NCBI GenBank assembly: GCA_029779755.1
Contig: JAKOZZ010000070.1
Span: 1-62,372, forward strand
Length of the DNA: 62,372 nt
Reading direction: 5' to 3'
Source: Pseudomonadota bacterium
Lineage (GTDB): Bacteria; Pseudomonadota; Gammaproteobacteria; Burkholderiales; Burkholderiaceae_E
The translations under genes and the position numbers were made by a program. Of this stretch, positions 31,800-48,855 are shown in pieces. The notes under the pieces were generated by a model. The model ran no database searches. It had not been told where the DNA came from and saw only the letters and a list, made by a program, of their open reading frames with translations. How positions within the stretch are numbered: position 1 is the first letter of the stretch; each line of letters opens with the position of its first letter.

Positions 31800-32468
31800 A
31801 TGCAAGAATCCGTCAATCAAGAGGCCCGCCCGATCTTCCTGATCGGCATGATGGGCTCGGGCAAGTCGACCGTCGGACGCCGCCTGGCCACCACCCTGTC
31901 GCGCGAATTCATCGACGCCGACAAGGAGCTCGAGGCCCGCTGCGGCGTCCCCATCACCACCATCTTCGAACTCGAGGGCGAAGCGGGGTTCCGTCGGCGC
32001 GAGGCCGCGCTCATCGAGGACCTCACCCAGAAGCCCGGGCTGGTGCTCGCCACCGGCGGCGGCGCCGTGCTGCTCGAGGAGAACCGGCGCCACCTGCACG
32101 CGCGCGGGCTGGTCGTGTACCTGCGCGCGACCGTGCAGGAACTGTGGCTGCGATTGCGCAACGACAAGGTGCGCCCGCTGCTGCGCGCGCCCGATCCGCG
32201 CCGGCGCATCGCGGAGCTGGTGGACCTGCGCGATCCCCTGTATCGCGAATGCGCGCACATGATCGTGAACACCGGGCGGCAGCCGGTCGACAAGGTCGTG
32301 CGGGAGATCGTCGAGCGCCTCGGCGGCCCGCAGGGCCCGGCGGCGGACCCGTCTTCGGAGCCGGCGCAGCCGATGCCGTCCGCCCCGCCCGAGCGGCCGG
32401 CACAGCCGGCTCGAACCGCACGACCCGCAGCGTCCCCGCAGCCGTCGCCGGCCGACCCGCCGATATAA
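31800..32468 (+). CDS. aroK: Shikimate kinase with Pro/Ala-rich tail
   Basis: [34 protein letters not shown]. Confidence 0.96.
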   Translation: MQESVNQEARPIFLIGMMGSGKSTVGRRLATTLSREFIDADKELEARCGVPITTIFELEGEAGFRRREAALIEDLTQKPGLVLATGGGAVLLEENRRHLHARGLVVYLRATVQELWLRLRNDKVRPLLRAPDPRRRIAELVDLRDPLYRECAHMIVNTGRQPVDKVVREIVERLGGPQGPAADPSSEPAQPMPSAPPERPAQPARTARPAASPQPSPADPPI

Positions 32469-32529
32469 TCCGGGCCTGTCCAACACGCGCCCGCCGGCCA
32501 TGCCCGGCGGTGCGACAGCGAATCGCCCC

Positions 32530-33609
32530 ATGAGAGCGCTCCAGGTATCCCTCGGTGATCGCAGCTACCCCATCGTCGTCGGCGCCGGCGCGCTCGAGCG
32601 GCGCGATCTGCTCGAGCCGATCGTTGCGGGCCGCTCGGTGGCGATCGTCAGCAACACCACGGTGGCGCCGCTGTACGCGGGCCGGCTGCGGGCGATGCTG
32701 GGGGGTGCCGCGCAGGTCGTCGACGTGGTGCTGCCCGACGGCGAGGCGCACAAGCACTGGCAGACCCTCAACGGCATCTTCGACGCGCTGCTGGCGGCGC
32801 GATTCGACCGCAATTCGGTGCTGGTGGCGCTCGGCGGCGGTGTCGTCGGCGACATGGCCGGGTTCGCCGCGGCGGTCTACCAGCGCGGCATCGACTTCGT
32901 GCAGGTGCCGACCACCCTGCTGGCGCAGGTCGATTCCTCGGTGGGCGGCAAGACCGGCATCAACCATCCGCTCGGCAAGAACATGATCGGCGCCTTCCAT
33001 CAGCCGCGGCTGGTGCTGGCCGACGTCGCCTGCCTGCAGAGCCTGCCGCAGCGTGAGCTGATCGCCGGCCTCGCCGAAGTGATCAAGCATGGCGCGATCG
33101 CCGACTGGGCCTACTTCGACGCGGTCGCCGACGATCTGCCCGCGCTGCTCGCGAAGGACACCGCTGCACTGGAGCGCGCGGTGGCGCGCTCGTGCGAGAT
33201 CAAGGCCGACGTCGTCGCGCACGACGAGCGCGAGGCCGGGCTGCGCGCCATCCTCAATTTCGGGCACACGTTCGGCCACGCCATCGAGGCCGGCATGGGC
33301 TATGGCGAGTGGCTGCACGGCGAGGCCGTCGGCGCGGGCATGGTGATGGCGACCGACCTGTCGCAGCGGCTCGGACTGCTCGACGCGGCCGATGGGGCGC
33401 GCATCCGCGCGCTCGTGTCCGCCGCCGGCCTGCCGGTGGCGGCCCCGCGCTGGAGCGCGGAGCGGTACGTCGAGCTGATGAGCGTCGACAAGAAGGCCGA
33501 GCGCGGCACGCCCAAGTTCGTGCTGCTCGAGGCGCTCGGCCGGGCCTGCGTGCGGCGCGCGCCCGACGACGCGCTGCGCGCCACCCTCGCGGCCACGGCC
33601 ACCGGCTGA
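32530..33609 (+). CDS. aroB: 3-dehydroquinate synthase
   Basis: [42 protein letters not shown]. Confidence 0.97.
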   Translation: MRALQVSLGDRSYPIVVGAGALERRDLLEPIVAGRSVAIVSNTTVAPLYAGRLRAMLGGAAQVVDVVLPDGEAHKHWQTLNGIFDALLAARFDRNSVLVALGGGVVGDMAGFAAAVYQRGIDFVQVPTTLLAQVDSSVGGKTGINHPLGKNMIGAFHQPRLVLADVACLQSLPQRELIAGLAEVIKHGAIADWAYFDAVADDLPALLAKDTAALERAVARSCEIKADVVAHDEREAGLRAILNFGHTFGHAIEAGMGYGEWLHGEAVGAGMVMATDLSQRLGLLDAADGARIRALVSAAGLPVAAPRWSAERYVELMSVDKKAERGTPKFVLLEALGRACVRRAPDDALRATLAATATG

Positions 33610-33630
33610 ATGCCGCGCCGGCCGGCCGTC

Positions 33631-34761
33631 ATGCGCCTGGCCCCCTATGCGGCCGACCCCGCAGCCAGCCGGGGGCGGGTGTTCGACGAACCGGCGGCCA
33701 CCACCCGCAGCCAGTTCCAGCGCGACCGCGATCGCATCGTGCACTCCACGGCGTTCCGGCGGCTCGAGTACAAGACGCAGGTGTTCCTCAACCACGAGGG
33801 CGACCTCTACCGCACGCGTCTGACCCATTCCATCGAGGTGGCGCAGATCGCGCGCTCGATCGCCCGTGCGCTGGGGCTGAACGAGGACCTCGTCGAGGCG
33901 ATCTCCCTGGCGCACGACCTCGGTCATACGCCGTTCGGCCATGCCGGCCAGGATGCGCTCGACCAGTGCATGCGGCCGTGGGGCGGGTTCGAGCACAACC
34001 TGCAGTCGCTGCGCGTGGTCGACGCGCTCGAGCAGCGCTATGCGGCGTTCGACGGGCTGAACCTGTGCTTCGAGACGCGCGAGGGCATCCTGAAGCACTG
34101 TCGCAAGGCAGTGGCCGCCGGGCTCGGTCCGGTCGCGCAGCGCTTCGTGTCGGGCGGGCAGCCCACGCTGGAGGCGCAGGTGGCCAACCTGGCCGACGAG
34201 ATCGCGTACAACAACCACGACGTCGACGACGGGCTGCGTTCGGGCCTGATCGTGTTCGCCCAGCTCGAGGAGGTGGCCCTCTTCCGCCGCCACGCGCAGG
34301 CCGTGCGGCGTCGGCACCCCGATCTCGCCGACCGTCGCCTGGTCCACGAGACCGTGCGGGCGATGATCAACGAACTGGTCACCGACCTGCTCGACGAGAC
34401 CGCGCGGCGCATCGCCCAGGCCGGGGTCGCGTCGGTCGACGACGTGCGCGCCGCACCGCCGCTGGTGGCGTTCTCGGCGTCGGTGCGCCGCCAGTCGTCA
34501 CAGCTCAAGCGCTTCCTGTACCGGTCGCTGTACCGGCACGCGCGTGTGATGCGCGTGATGGACGACGCCAAGCGGGTGGTGCAGGGCTTGTTCGACGCAT
34601 ATCGCGCCGATCCGGGCGCGCTGCCCGCCGAGCATGCCGAGCGGGTGGCGGCCGGCGGGCCGCGTGCGATCGCCGACTACATCGCCGGCATGACCGATCG
34701 CTTCGCGCTGCAGGAGCATGCACGGGTGTGCGGCATGCGCAGCACGTCCGATGGGCGCTGA
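33631..34761 (+). CDS. dgt: dGTP triphosphohydrolase (HD domain)
   Basis: [40 protein letters not shown]. Confidence 0.95.
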   Translation: MRLAPYAADPAASRGRVFDEPAATTRSQFQRDRDRIVHSTAFRRLEYKTQVFLNHEGDLYRTRLTHSIEVAQIARSIARALGLNEDLVEAISLAHDLGHTPFGHAGQDALDQCMRPWGGFEHNLQSLRVVDALEQRYAAFDGLNLCFETREGILKHCRKAVAAGLGPVAQRFVSGGQPTLEAQVANLADEIAYNNHDVDDGLRSGLIVFAQLEEVALFRRHAQAVRRRHPDLADRRLVHETVRAMINELVTDLLDETARRIAQAGVASVDDVRAAPPLVAFSASVRRQSSQLKRFLYRSLYRHARVMRVMDDAKRVVQGLFDAYRADPGALPAEHAERVAAGGPRAIADYIAGMTDRFALQEHARVCGMRSTSDGR

Positions 34762-34857
34762 AGACCACCGCGCAGCGCACCCGGCGCGCTGCGCGCCGGA
34801 CGCGGTCGCCGCCGCCGCGCGACGCAGGGGCGTCTCAGGCGGCGGGCACGGCGCGGA

Positions 34858-35919
34858 TCAGGGCGTGAGGACGGCGCGGCCGGGGAAGCGCCCTTCGTGC
34901 AGCTTCTGGATGACGTCGTTCACCGATTCGAGGCCCATCGTGCGCACCGGCAGCGGCGGCAGCACGCCGGTCTGCGCGATCTCGAGCAGCTCGCGCAGCT
35001 CGCCGCAGGTGCCGACCATGGAGCCCTGGATCGTGACGGCCTTGAACACGACGACGGCCGGCACGACCGGCGTGGATCCGCCGATCAGGCCGACCGACAC
35101 CATCTTGCCGCCCTTGCGCAGCGCATTGAACCCGAACGCGAACGACTCGCCGGTGCCGACGAAGTCGACCACGGCGTGCACGCCGCCGCCGGTGGCCTTC
35201 ATCAGCGCCTTGCCGGTGTCGGGGTTGGACGGGTCGACCGTCTGCGCCGCACCCGCGTCGGTGGCCAGCGGCCACTTGGCCTGGTCGATGTCGGCGACGA
35301 TCGGCGAGATGCCCAGCACGTGCTTGCAGAAGCGCACGCCCGACAGGCCGACGCCGCCGGCGCCGAGGATCAGCACCGTCTCGCTGGGGTCCATCGGGGC
35401 CAGCTTCTTGAGCGCCGCGTAGGCGGTCAGGCCCGAGCACGCATAGGGCGCCGCCTGTTCGAGCGGCAGCGTGCCGGCCGGGACCGCGTACTTGGCGTCG
35501 GGCACGATCACGTACTGGGAGAAGCCGCCGTCGAGCTGCAGCCCGAGGTTGCGCGGCGCCGAGCAGAGGTTCTCGCGGTCGGTGGTGCAGTAGCTGCAGG
35601 TGCCGCAGCCGATCCACGGGTACACCACCACCTTGTCGCCGACCTTCACGCCCTTGGCGTCGGGACCGAGCTCGGTGACCTCGCCGGCGATCTCGTGGCC
35701 CAGCACGCGCGGTGCGGCGACGCCGCGGCTGAGATCGATCTTCCGACCGGCGCCGGTATCGACGAAGCCGTCGTAGAGCATCACGTCGGAATGGCACACG
35801 CCCGCAGCGCGGATGCGCACGAGCACCTCGGCGCCGACCGGCGCACGGACGGGCTCCTGGGTATCGACCATCGGCTCGCCATGGCGGACCAGCTTGAAGC
35901 AACGGCACATCGGACGCAT
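34858..35919 (-). CDS. Zn-dependent alcohol dehydrogenase (MDR family)
   Basis: GVCHSD, GHE, structural-Zn CGTCSYC...C, GAGGVG; AGGGAG SD before ATG 35919. Confidence 0.92.
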   Translation of the reverse strand: MRPMCRCFKLVRHGEPMVDTQEPVRAPVGAEVLVRIRAAGVCHSDVMLYDGFVDTGAGRKIDLSRGVAAPRVLGHEIAGEVTELGPDAKGVKVGDKVVVYPWIGCGTCSYCTTDRENLCSAPRNLGLQLDGGFSQYVIVPDAKYAVPAGTLPLEQAAPYACSGLTAYAALKKLAPMDPSETVLILGAGGVGLSGVRFCKHVLGISPIVADIDQAKWPLATDAGAAQTVDPSNPDTGKALMKATGGGVHAVVDFVGTGESFAFGFNALRKGGKMVSVGLIGGSTPVVPAVVVFKAVTIQGSMVGTCGELRELLEIAQTGVLPPLPVRTMGLESVNDVIQKLHEGRFPGRAVLTP

Positions 35920-35932
35920 CCGGACGTCTCCC

Positions 35933-35961
35933 TTTAAATTCGACAACTTGCGCGATATACT
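35933..35961 (+). promoter_or_regulatory. Possible sigma70 promoter for gltBD
   Basis: TTTAAA-17 bp-TATACT in the AT-rich divergent spacer. Confidence 0.4.
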
Positions 35962-36077
35962 GACAAGTTCGTCCCGCTTTCGTACGCTGCACTGCGCCAA
36001 AATCAATCTGCGCGCGGTTCTCGGCGAGAGTGAACACTTATTAGCCACGTATTGTAATGGAACTCCGGAGTGCTGCG

Positions 36078-40847
<4,770 letters not shown>

Positions 40848-40947
40848 GGACGGCGACGGTCGCGCAGACCGACGCACGAACGCATCCGCCGGCACCCGCG
40901 CACGTCACGACGGGTGCCGGCACGACGAACACAACGGAATCTGAAGC

Positions 40948-42435
<1,488 letters not shown>

Positions 42436-42470
42436 GCCCCGCCCCCGGTTCCCGCACGGAACCGACCCCT

Positions 42471-42502
42471 GCACGGCCCCCTCGCGGGGCCGTGCCCGTT
42501 TC
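42471..42502 (+). terminator. Possible terminator hairpin after gltD
   Basis: GCACGGCCCC-ctcgc-GGGGCCGTGC, weak T-run. Confidence 0.45.
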
Positions 42503-42520
42503 GGCGCCCGCAGGCCGCTG

Positions 42521-42572
42521 CCGTTCGCGCCCTCCGGATGCGGTTCGCGCCCGCCCGACGCGATTCGTCGCA
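42521..42572 (+). promoter_or_regulatory. Three direct repeats at 20-bp period, candidate LytTR binding sites
   Basis: CCGTTCGCG (42521), CGGTTCGCG (42541), CGATTCGTC (42561); resemble the AlgR site CCGTTCGTC. Confidence 0.6.
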
Positions 42573-42644
42573 TCCCCGGGCGCCGTGGTCCGCCCCGCGG
42601 CACCATGACTTCCGTCGCAACACGCACCGTTCCGGGAGTCCTCC

Positions 42645-43055
42645 ATGTCGCCGATCGTCGCCGTCCACGCCCTGTCCGCCGTCGCCGCCTGCCTGCTCGG
42701 CGCCTGGCAGCTGATCGCCCTGCGCCGCGGGCTGCGTCACCGGAGGGTGGGCTACGCGTGGATGCTGGCGATGCTGGTCACCGCGCTGTCGTCCTTCGGC
42801 CTGCGCAGCCCGCTCGGATTCGCCTGGCTCGGCGGTCTGAGCCCGATCCACGGGCTGTCGCTGTTCACCCTGCTGTCCATCGCGCTGGCGATCCGGTATG
42901 CACGTCGCCGCGCGTTCGCCCAACACCGCCGCTGGGTGGTGGGCGCGTATGCCGGGCTGCTGGGCGCCGGAGTGTTTGCGGTGGCCCTGCCGGACCGTGC
43001 GATGCACCGCATGCTGTTCACCGATCTGCCGGGCGTGCTGGCGGCAGCGTTCTAG
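42645..43055 (+). CDS. Small 4-TM membrane protein (DUF2306-like)
   Basis: IVAVH...LGAWQL...HRRVGYAW...SPIHGLS...H pattern; GGAG SD. Confidence 0.75.
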   Translation: MSPIVAVHALSAVAACLLGAWQLIALRRGLRHRRVGYAWMLAMLVTALSSFGLRSPLGFAWLGGLSPIHGLSLFTLLSIALAIRYARRRAFAQHRRWVVGAYAGLLGAGVFAVALPDRAMHRMLFTDLPGVLAAAF

Positions 43056-43148
43056 CCCGAGGGCGTTCCGGCCCGCACGCGCCTTCGGACCCCACGCACC
43101 CGCAGCGCACCCCCTGTCAACGTCTGTCACCGTTCTTCGAGGTCTCCC

Positions 43149-43469
43149 ATGTCCCGCCATTCGCACCGCTTCGATCCCGCCACCGCCACCCCGGCCGAGC
43201 GCGCCGAGCGCCGCGCGCGCCGCGCCGCCGCACGCAAGCTCGGATTCCTGGTCCACCTGACGGTCTTCGTGCTCGTCAACGGCGTCCTGCTGCTGATCAG
43301 CGTGAATTCGGCGGCGCACGGCGCCTGGGTGCGGTGGCCGTCGTTGGGCTGGGCGCTGGGGCTGGCGATCCACGGCATCGTCGCCTTCGGGGCGTTCGAC
43401 CATCTGTACGCGCAACTGCTCGACCGCGAGCGTGCGCGCGCGGCTGACGGCGGTCGTCCGCAGCGCTGA
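43149..43469 (+). CDS. 2TM-domain membrane protein
   Basis: [22 protein letters not shown]...[14 protein letters not shown]. Confidence 0.8.
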   Translation: MSRHSHRFDPATATPAERAERRARRAAARKLGFLVHLTVFVLVNGVLLLISVNSAAHGAWVRWPSLGWALGLAIHGIVAFGAFDHLYAQLLDRERARAADGGRPQR

Positions 43470-43503
43470 GTCGTCCGCAGCCCCGAGCCGTCCGCAGCCC
43501 CGA
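43453..43503. repeat. Three tandem 17-bp units
   Basis: gtcgtccgcagcgctga gtcgtccgcagccccga gccgtccgcagccccga. Confidence 0.8.
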
Positions 43504-43524
43504 GCCCGCCGGTACACTGCGCGC

Positions 43525-44673
43525 ATGATCCGACCCGACGCGATCGCCGCGCGTGCGCGGCGCTCCCTGTTCAGCGCCTGGACGCCGGCGCACGAAGGGC
43601 CGTGGTGGGCGCCGTGGCTGTGGACCGTGCTCTTCAATGCGCTGCTCGCCGTCGTGCTGACCCTGTCGCTGCCCTACGGTCAGGGCTACTGGCGCAACTT
43701 CGTCACCTGTCAGGCGATCGGGCTGGTGATCCACGGATTGTTTGCCGGGTTCGGCCACGCCCTGCGTCTGGACATGTTCAGCCTGCCGGCCGGTGCGCGT
43801 CTCGCGTACGTGGTGACGGTGGTGCTGGCGGGGTCGTGGATCGGCTACGCGCTCTCCACCTGGATCGCCCTGGGCGATCTCGCGTCCGTGCGCGAGCACC
43901 TGGGCCACGCCGTGTGGGGCCTGATGATCGTGCCGCCGCTCTCGGCACTGACGACGGTGGTGATCCTGGCGAGCGTGAATCACCTGCGCCGCCAGCAGCT
44001 CAACGCCGAGCGCGCCGAGACCGCGCGGGTGAAGGCCGAACACGAGACGACGGCCGCGCGGTTGCAGTTGCTCAACGCGCAGATCGAGCCGCACTTCCTC
44101 TACAACACGCTCGCGCACGTGAGTGCGCTGATCTCGCGCGACCCCGCCGCCGCCCGCGGCATGCTCGACAGCCTGATCGACTACCTGCGCGCGTCGTCGC
44201 GCAACATGGCACAGCCGCTCGTGTCGTTCGCCGACGAACTCGAGTCGGTGCGCGGGTATCTCGCGGTGATGCAGCAGCGCCTCGGCGCGCGCCTCGCGCA
44301 GCGCTTCGAGATCGCCCCCGACCTGCCGGAGTTCCGCGTGCCGCCGGCCAGCGTGCAGACCCTGGTGGAGAACGCGATCAAGCACGGCGTCGAGCCCAGC
44401 ACCCGCGGCGGCACGGTCACGGTGCGCGCGCGCGTGGTGCCGGGCGGCATCCGCATCGAGGTGGCCGACACGGGGGTCGGGATCGGAGACGGGGCAACGG
44501 GCGCCGTCGGGCCCGATACGACGGCCGGCACCGGGCTGTCGAACCTGCGCGAGCGTCTGCGGCTCGCGCTCGGCGCGACCTGCTCGGTCCGGCTGGAAGC
44601 GACGGCGGACGAGACCCGCGCCGTGCTCGAACTGCCCGACGCGGCGCGGGTGCGCGCGCCGCAGACGGCCTGA
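43525..44673 (+). CDS. LytS/YehU-type sensor histidine kinase
   Basis: 4 TM segments; [15 protein letters not shown]-box; LVENAIKHG; DTGVG; [11 protein letters not shown]. Confidence 0.93.
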   Translation: MIRPDAIAARARRSLFSAWTPAHEGPWWAPWLWTVLFNALLAVVLTLSLPYGQGYWRNFVTCQAIGLVIHGLFAGFGHALRLDMFSLPAGARLAYVVTVVLAGSWIGYALSTWIALGDLASVREHLGHAVWGLMIVPPLSALTTVVILASVNHLRRQQLNAERAETARVKAEHETTAARLQLLNAQIEPHFLYNTLAHVSALISRDPAAARGMLDSLIDYLRASSRNMAQPLVSFADELESVRGYLAVMQQRLGARLAQRFEIAPDLPEFRVPPASVQTLVENAIKHGVEPSTRGGTVTVRARVVPGGIRIEVADTGVGIGDGATGAVGPDTTAGTGLSNLRERLRLALGATCSVRLEATADETRAVLELPDAARVRAPQTA

Positions 44674-44686
44674 CCCGAGGGACGCC

Positions 44687-45502
44687 ATGCCGACCGCCGT
44701 GATCGCCGAGGACGAACCGCTGCTTGCCGACGTGTTGCGCGAGCATCTGGCCGACGTCTGGCCCGAGCTGTCCGTGGTCGCCTGTGCGACCGACGGTGAC
44801 ATGGCGCTCTCGACGATCCGGGCCCTGCGCCCCGACGTCGCCTTCCTCGACATCCGCATGCCCGGCCTCAGCGGCCTCCAGGTCGCCCGGCACCTGCTCG
44901 ACGACGCGCACGTGCCCGTGATCGTGTTCGTGACCGCCTACGACCAGTACGCGCTCGACGCCTTCGACGCGGCGGCGGTCGACTATCTGCTCAAGCCCGT
45001 GGCCCGCGAGCGGCTGTCGCGCTGCGCGGAGCGTGTACGCCAGCGTCTCGCACAGGCACCGCCCGCGGCGCTCGGGACGCTGCTCGAGCAGTTGCAGGCG
45101 CACCTGGGCGGGGCGGGCGGGGTGGCCGAAGCGGGCAGGGCGGCCGAAGCGCCCGCACGCGCTGCGCGACTGCGCTTCATCCGGGCCAGCCTGGGGGAGG
45201 TCACGCGCCAGATCCCGATCGAGGACGTGCTGTATTTCGACGCCCAGGACAAGTACGTCGCCGTCGTCACGCGCGACGGCAGCGCGCTGGTGCGCACCGC
45301 GCTGACGGACCTGCTGGCGGGGCTTGATCCGGAGCGCTTCACGCAGATCCACCGCTCCACGATCGTGAATCTCGACGCGATCGACACGATCCGCCGCGAC
45401 CTCTCCGGGCGCGTGTTCGTCCACCTGAAGGGCGCGCCGGGCGGGCGGGACACCCGGCTGCCCGTCAGCCGCCAGTTCGCGGGTCAGTTCAGGGGCATGT
45501 GA
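44687..45502 (+). CDS. LytTR-family response regulator
   Basis: IAEDE, FLDIRMPG, FVTAYDQYA, DYLLKP; LytTR domain AQDKY, QIHRSTIVN, LPVSR. Confidence 0.95.
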   Translation: MPTAVIAEDEPLLADVLREHLADVWPELSVVACATDGDMALSTIRALRPDVAFLDIRMPGLSGLQVARHLLDDAHVPVIVFVTAYDQYALDAFDAAAVDYLLKPVARERLSRCAERVRQRLAQAPPAALGTLLEQLQAHLGGAGGVAEAGRAAEAPARAARLRFIRASLGEVTRQIPIEDVLYFDAQDKYVAVVTRDGSALVRTALTDLLAGLDPERFTQIHRSTIVNLDAIDTIRRDLSGRVFVHLKGAPGGRDTRLPVSRQFAGQFRGM

Positions 45503-45539
45503 CGCGCCAGGATCCGGTGCCGGTCACGCCCCGGACGCG

Positions 45540-46175
45540 TCAGACGATCTCGATCATCACCCACTTGCGGTACGGCGGGCGCGCGGCAAGTTGATCGTGC
45601 CAGCGGCGCAGATTCGGCACCGCCGGGCGAACGTAGTCCACGCGGTCGAACGGCAGGTGCAGCCAGCGGTAGGCATGCACGCCGACGGCGATGTCGCCCA
45701 GCGTGAGCGCGTCGCCGCACAGGAACGGCCGGTCGGCCAGGCGGGCATCGACGATCGACAGTGCGGCGGCGGCACCCTCCGCGCTGGCCCGGATCGCGGC
45801 CGGATCCTGCTGCGCTGCCGGCGTGCGGATCAGCCCCCAGAACGCCTGGTGCAGCGCCGGGCCCAGGGTGGTGCTCGCCCAATCCATCCAGCGCTCGGTG
45901 TCGGCGCGCGCCTGCAGCGGCGCGGGGTACACGGAGGTGGCGCCGTGCTTCGCGGCCAGGTAACGGCAGATCGTGTTCGACTCCCACAGCACGAAGTCTC
46001 CGTCGACGATGGTGGGGACGCGACCGTTCGGGTTCATCGCCCGGTATTCGGGCTCGTTCACCCGTCCGAACTTGCCGCCGGCGTCGATGCGCTCGAACGG
46101 CAGTCCGATCTCGTCGCAGAGCCAGACCACCTTCTGCACGTTGGACGACGTCGATCTACCCCAGACTTTCAGCAT
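45540..46175 (-). CDS. Glutathione S-transferase (GstB/YliJ-like)
   Basis: MLKVWGRSTSSNVQKV, MNPNGRVPT, LWESNTICRYL, WMDW. Confidence 0.93.
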   Translation of the reverse strand: MLKVWGRSTSSNVQKVVWLCDEIGLPFERIDAGGKFGRVNEPEYRAMNPNGRVPTIVDGDFVLWESNTICRYLAAKHGATSVYPAPLQARADTERWMDWASTTLGPALHQAFWGLIRTPAAQQDPAAIRASAEGAAAALSIVDARLADRPFLCGDALTLGDIAVGVHAYRWLHLPFDRVDYVRPAVPNLRRWHDQLAARPPYRKWVMIEIV

Positions 46176-46309
46176 GCCGTTCTCTCCCGCGCGCCGTGCG
46201 CGCCGTTCTCGTGGTGTGTGTTCTCGTGGCGTGTGTTCGCGGACCGGGTGCGTGCGCCAGGTGCGCGCGCCGTCTTCGCGGGGCCCCTATGTCGGGCGCA
46301 TCGGGCGGC

Positions 46310-46777
46310 TCAGGTGGCGGCGTCACGGCAGCGGTACAGCCCCCAGCTGCGGATCGTCATCACGACCTCCCCGTCCTGGTTGAGCGCCTCCTGCTGCACC
46401 TGGATCAGACCGCGGTCCGGACGCGTCGCCGAGCGCCGCTTGTCGAGCAGCGTCAGCCGCACCCGCAGCCGGTCACCGGGCCGTACCGGCTTGTGCCAGC
46501 GCAGTTCGTCGATGCCGGGCGACCCCATGCCCGACAGCGGCGAGATGAAGTGGTCGACCAGCATGCGCATCATGACCGCGCCCGTCATCCAGCCGCTGGC
46601 GATCAGACCGCCGTAGATGCTGTCGCGCGCGGCCTCCGGATCGACGTGGAAGGGCTGCGGATCGTAGCGGCGCGCGAATCCGACGACCTCCTCCTCGGTG
46701 ATCGCATGGTCGCCATACACGAAGACTTCGCCGACGGCGTAGTCCTCGAAGTAGCGTTCCTTGAGCGGTACCGTCAT
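46310..46777 (-). CDS. MaoC-family dehydratase
   Basis: YFEDY, YDPQPFHVD, GLIASGW, LRWHKPVRPGD. Confidence 0.9.
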   Translation of the reverse strand: MTVPLKERYFEDYAVGEVFVYGDHAITEEEVVGFARRYDPQPFHVDPEAARDSIYGGLIASGWMTGAVMMRMLVDHFISPLSGMGSPGIDELRWHKPVRPGDRLRVRLTLLDKRRSATRPDRGLIQVQQEALNQDGEVVMTIRSWGLYRCRDAAT

Positions 46778-46916
46778 GCGCGTGCTCCCCGTCCGGGCCG
46801 GGCCCTCGGGTTGGTCCGGTCGGGCGAGTATGCCTAAAATCCGCCTGAGCGTCGGCGCCGCCGTCGCCTGATGCGTCGTGCGGCGTGCGGTCGGGTTCGG
46901 ACGTGGGAGTGGGCGG

Positions 46917-47299
<383 letters not shown>

Positions 47300-47303
<4 letters not shown>

Positions 47304-47959
47304 GCCCGTCGACGCGTGCGCCCGCGTCCGGAATGCCGGGATCGGCGCCGGGCACCGGATGCGATGTGCGTCGCCGCGTGGTGCGTGCCCTCGCGCTCGC
47401 ATGGATGCTGCCCGCCGGCGCAGCCCGGGCGGGCGCGGCGCCCTCGGTGGAGCACGTGCGCCTGTCCGAGGCGGCCCGGCGCCTGCAGGCTGGCGGGTAC
47501 GTGCTGATGATGCGACATGCGCAGACGGAGCCCGGCGTCGGTGATCCGCCCGGATTCCGGCTCGACGACTGCGCCACGCAGCGGCAGCTGTCGGCGGCGG
47601 GCCGGGCGCAGGCGGCGCGGGTCGGTGCGACGATGCGCGATGCGGGCATCGTGCTGTCCGACGTGCTCAGCAGCGCCTGGTGCCGGTGCCAGGACACCGC
47701 ACGCCTGGCGTTCGGCCGGTACCGCGTGTGGACGCCGCTGAACTCGTTCTTCGCCGACCCTGCGTCCGCGGCGCGCACCACGCAGGAGGTGCTCGCCCTT
47801 GCCGCGCGCCATCGCGACACCAACCTGATGCTCGTCACGCACCAGGTCAACATCAGCGCCGCCTTCGGTGTGTCGACCGCCCCGTCCGAGGTGGTCGCCG
47901 GGCGCTGGCGCGACGGCCGGTGGGTCGAGGCGTTCCGGTTCGTCCCGGCGTCCGACTGA
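47300..47959 (+). CDS. Exported histidine phosphatase family protein (start uncertain)
   Basis: RHA motif (MMRHA), GDPPGF.LDDCATQRQL, SSAWCRC, VTHQVN; RRR plus hydrophobic signal-like segment. Confidence 0.85.
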
Positions 47960-47988
47960 GCGGATTTCCCACCCCCGAGGAGCCCCAG

Positions 47989-48768
47989 ATGACGTCCATC
48001 GCAACCCGAGAAGTCCCTGCGACCTCGAAGATCGTGCTGATCACCGGCGGCGGGCGGGGCATCGGCGCGGCGTGCGCGCGCCAGGCCGCGCTGCGCGGCT
48101 ACTCGATCTGCCTGTCGTACCGGGAGGATGCGGCCGCGGCGCAGGGGCTGGCGCGCGAGCTGACGGCCACCGGTGTCCGGGCGATCGCTGTGCAGGCCGA
48201 CGTGGCCGTCGAGGCCGACGTGCTGCGCCTGTTCGAGACGACGGACCGCAAGCTGGGGCGGCTCGACGCGCTCGTCAACAACGCGGGCATCGTCGCCCCC
48301 AGCCGCCGCGTCGATCAGTTCACCTTCGATCGTCTGGTGCAGATGTTCCACACCAACGTGATCGGCAGCTTCCTGTGCGCGCGTGAAGCGGTGCTGCGCA
48401 TGTCGACGCGGCACGGCGGCCCGGGGGGCGTGATCGTGAACCTGTCCTCGGCCGCGGCGCGGCTGGGTTCGTCCGGCCAGTACGTCGACTATGCCGCATC
48501 GAAGGCCGCGATCGACACGATGACGATGGGCCTGGCCCGCGAGGTCGCGGCCGAGGGCATCCGCGTCAACGCCGTGCGCCCGGGACTGATCCACACCGAG
48601 ATCCACGCCAGCGGCGGCGAGCCCGGCCGCGTCGAACGGCTGCAGGATCAGGTGCCGATGAAGCGCGGCGGCACCGCGGACGAAGTGGCCAACGCCGTGA
48701 TGTGGCTGCTCTCCGATGCGTCCTCGTACACGACCGGGTCGGTGCTCGACGTGACCGGCGGCCGCTGA
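47989..48768 (+). CDS. Short-chain dehydrogenase/reductase
   Basis: TGGGRGIG, NNAG, YAASK, RVNAVRPG; GAGGAG SD. Confidence 0.93.
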   Translation: MTSIATREVPATSKIVLITGGGRGIGAACARQAALRGYSICLSYREDAAAAQGLARELTATGVRAIAVQADVAVEADVLRLFETTDRKLGRLDALVNNAGIVAPSRRVDQFTFDRLVQMFHTNVIGSFLCAREAVLRMSTRHGGPGGVIVNLSSAAARLGSSGQYVDYAASKAAIDTMTMGLAREVAAEGIRVNAVRPGLIHTEIHASGGEPGRVERLQDQVPMKRGGTADEVANAVMWLLSDASSYTTGSVLDVTGGR

Positions 48769-48795
48769 CGCGCGCTGATCGACCCCATCGTCCAG

Positions 48796-48844
48796 GCACC
48801 CGGATCAGCCGAACACCCGGTCACCCGGTTACCCGAACACCCGG
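48796..48844. repeat. About six tandem imperfect 8-bp units (WCACCCGG)
   Basis: gcacccgg a tcagccga acacccgg tcacccgg ttacccga acacccgg, between convergent stop codons. Confidence 0.7.
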
Positions 48845-48855
48845 TCCGTGCCAGA

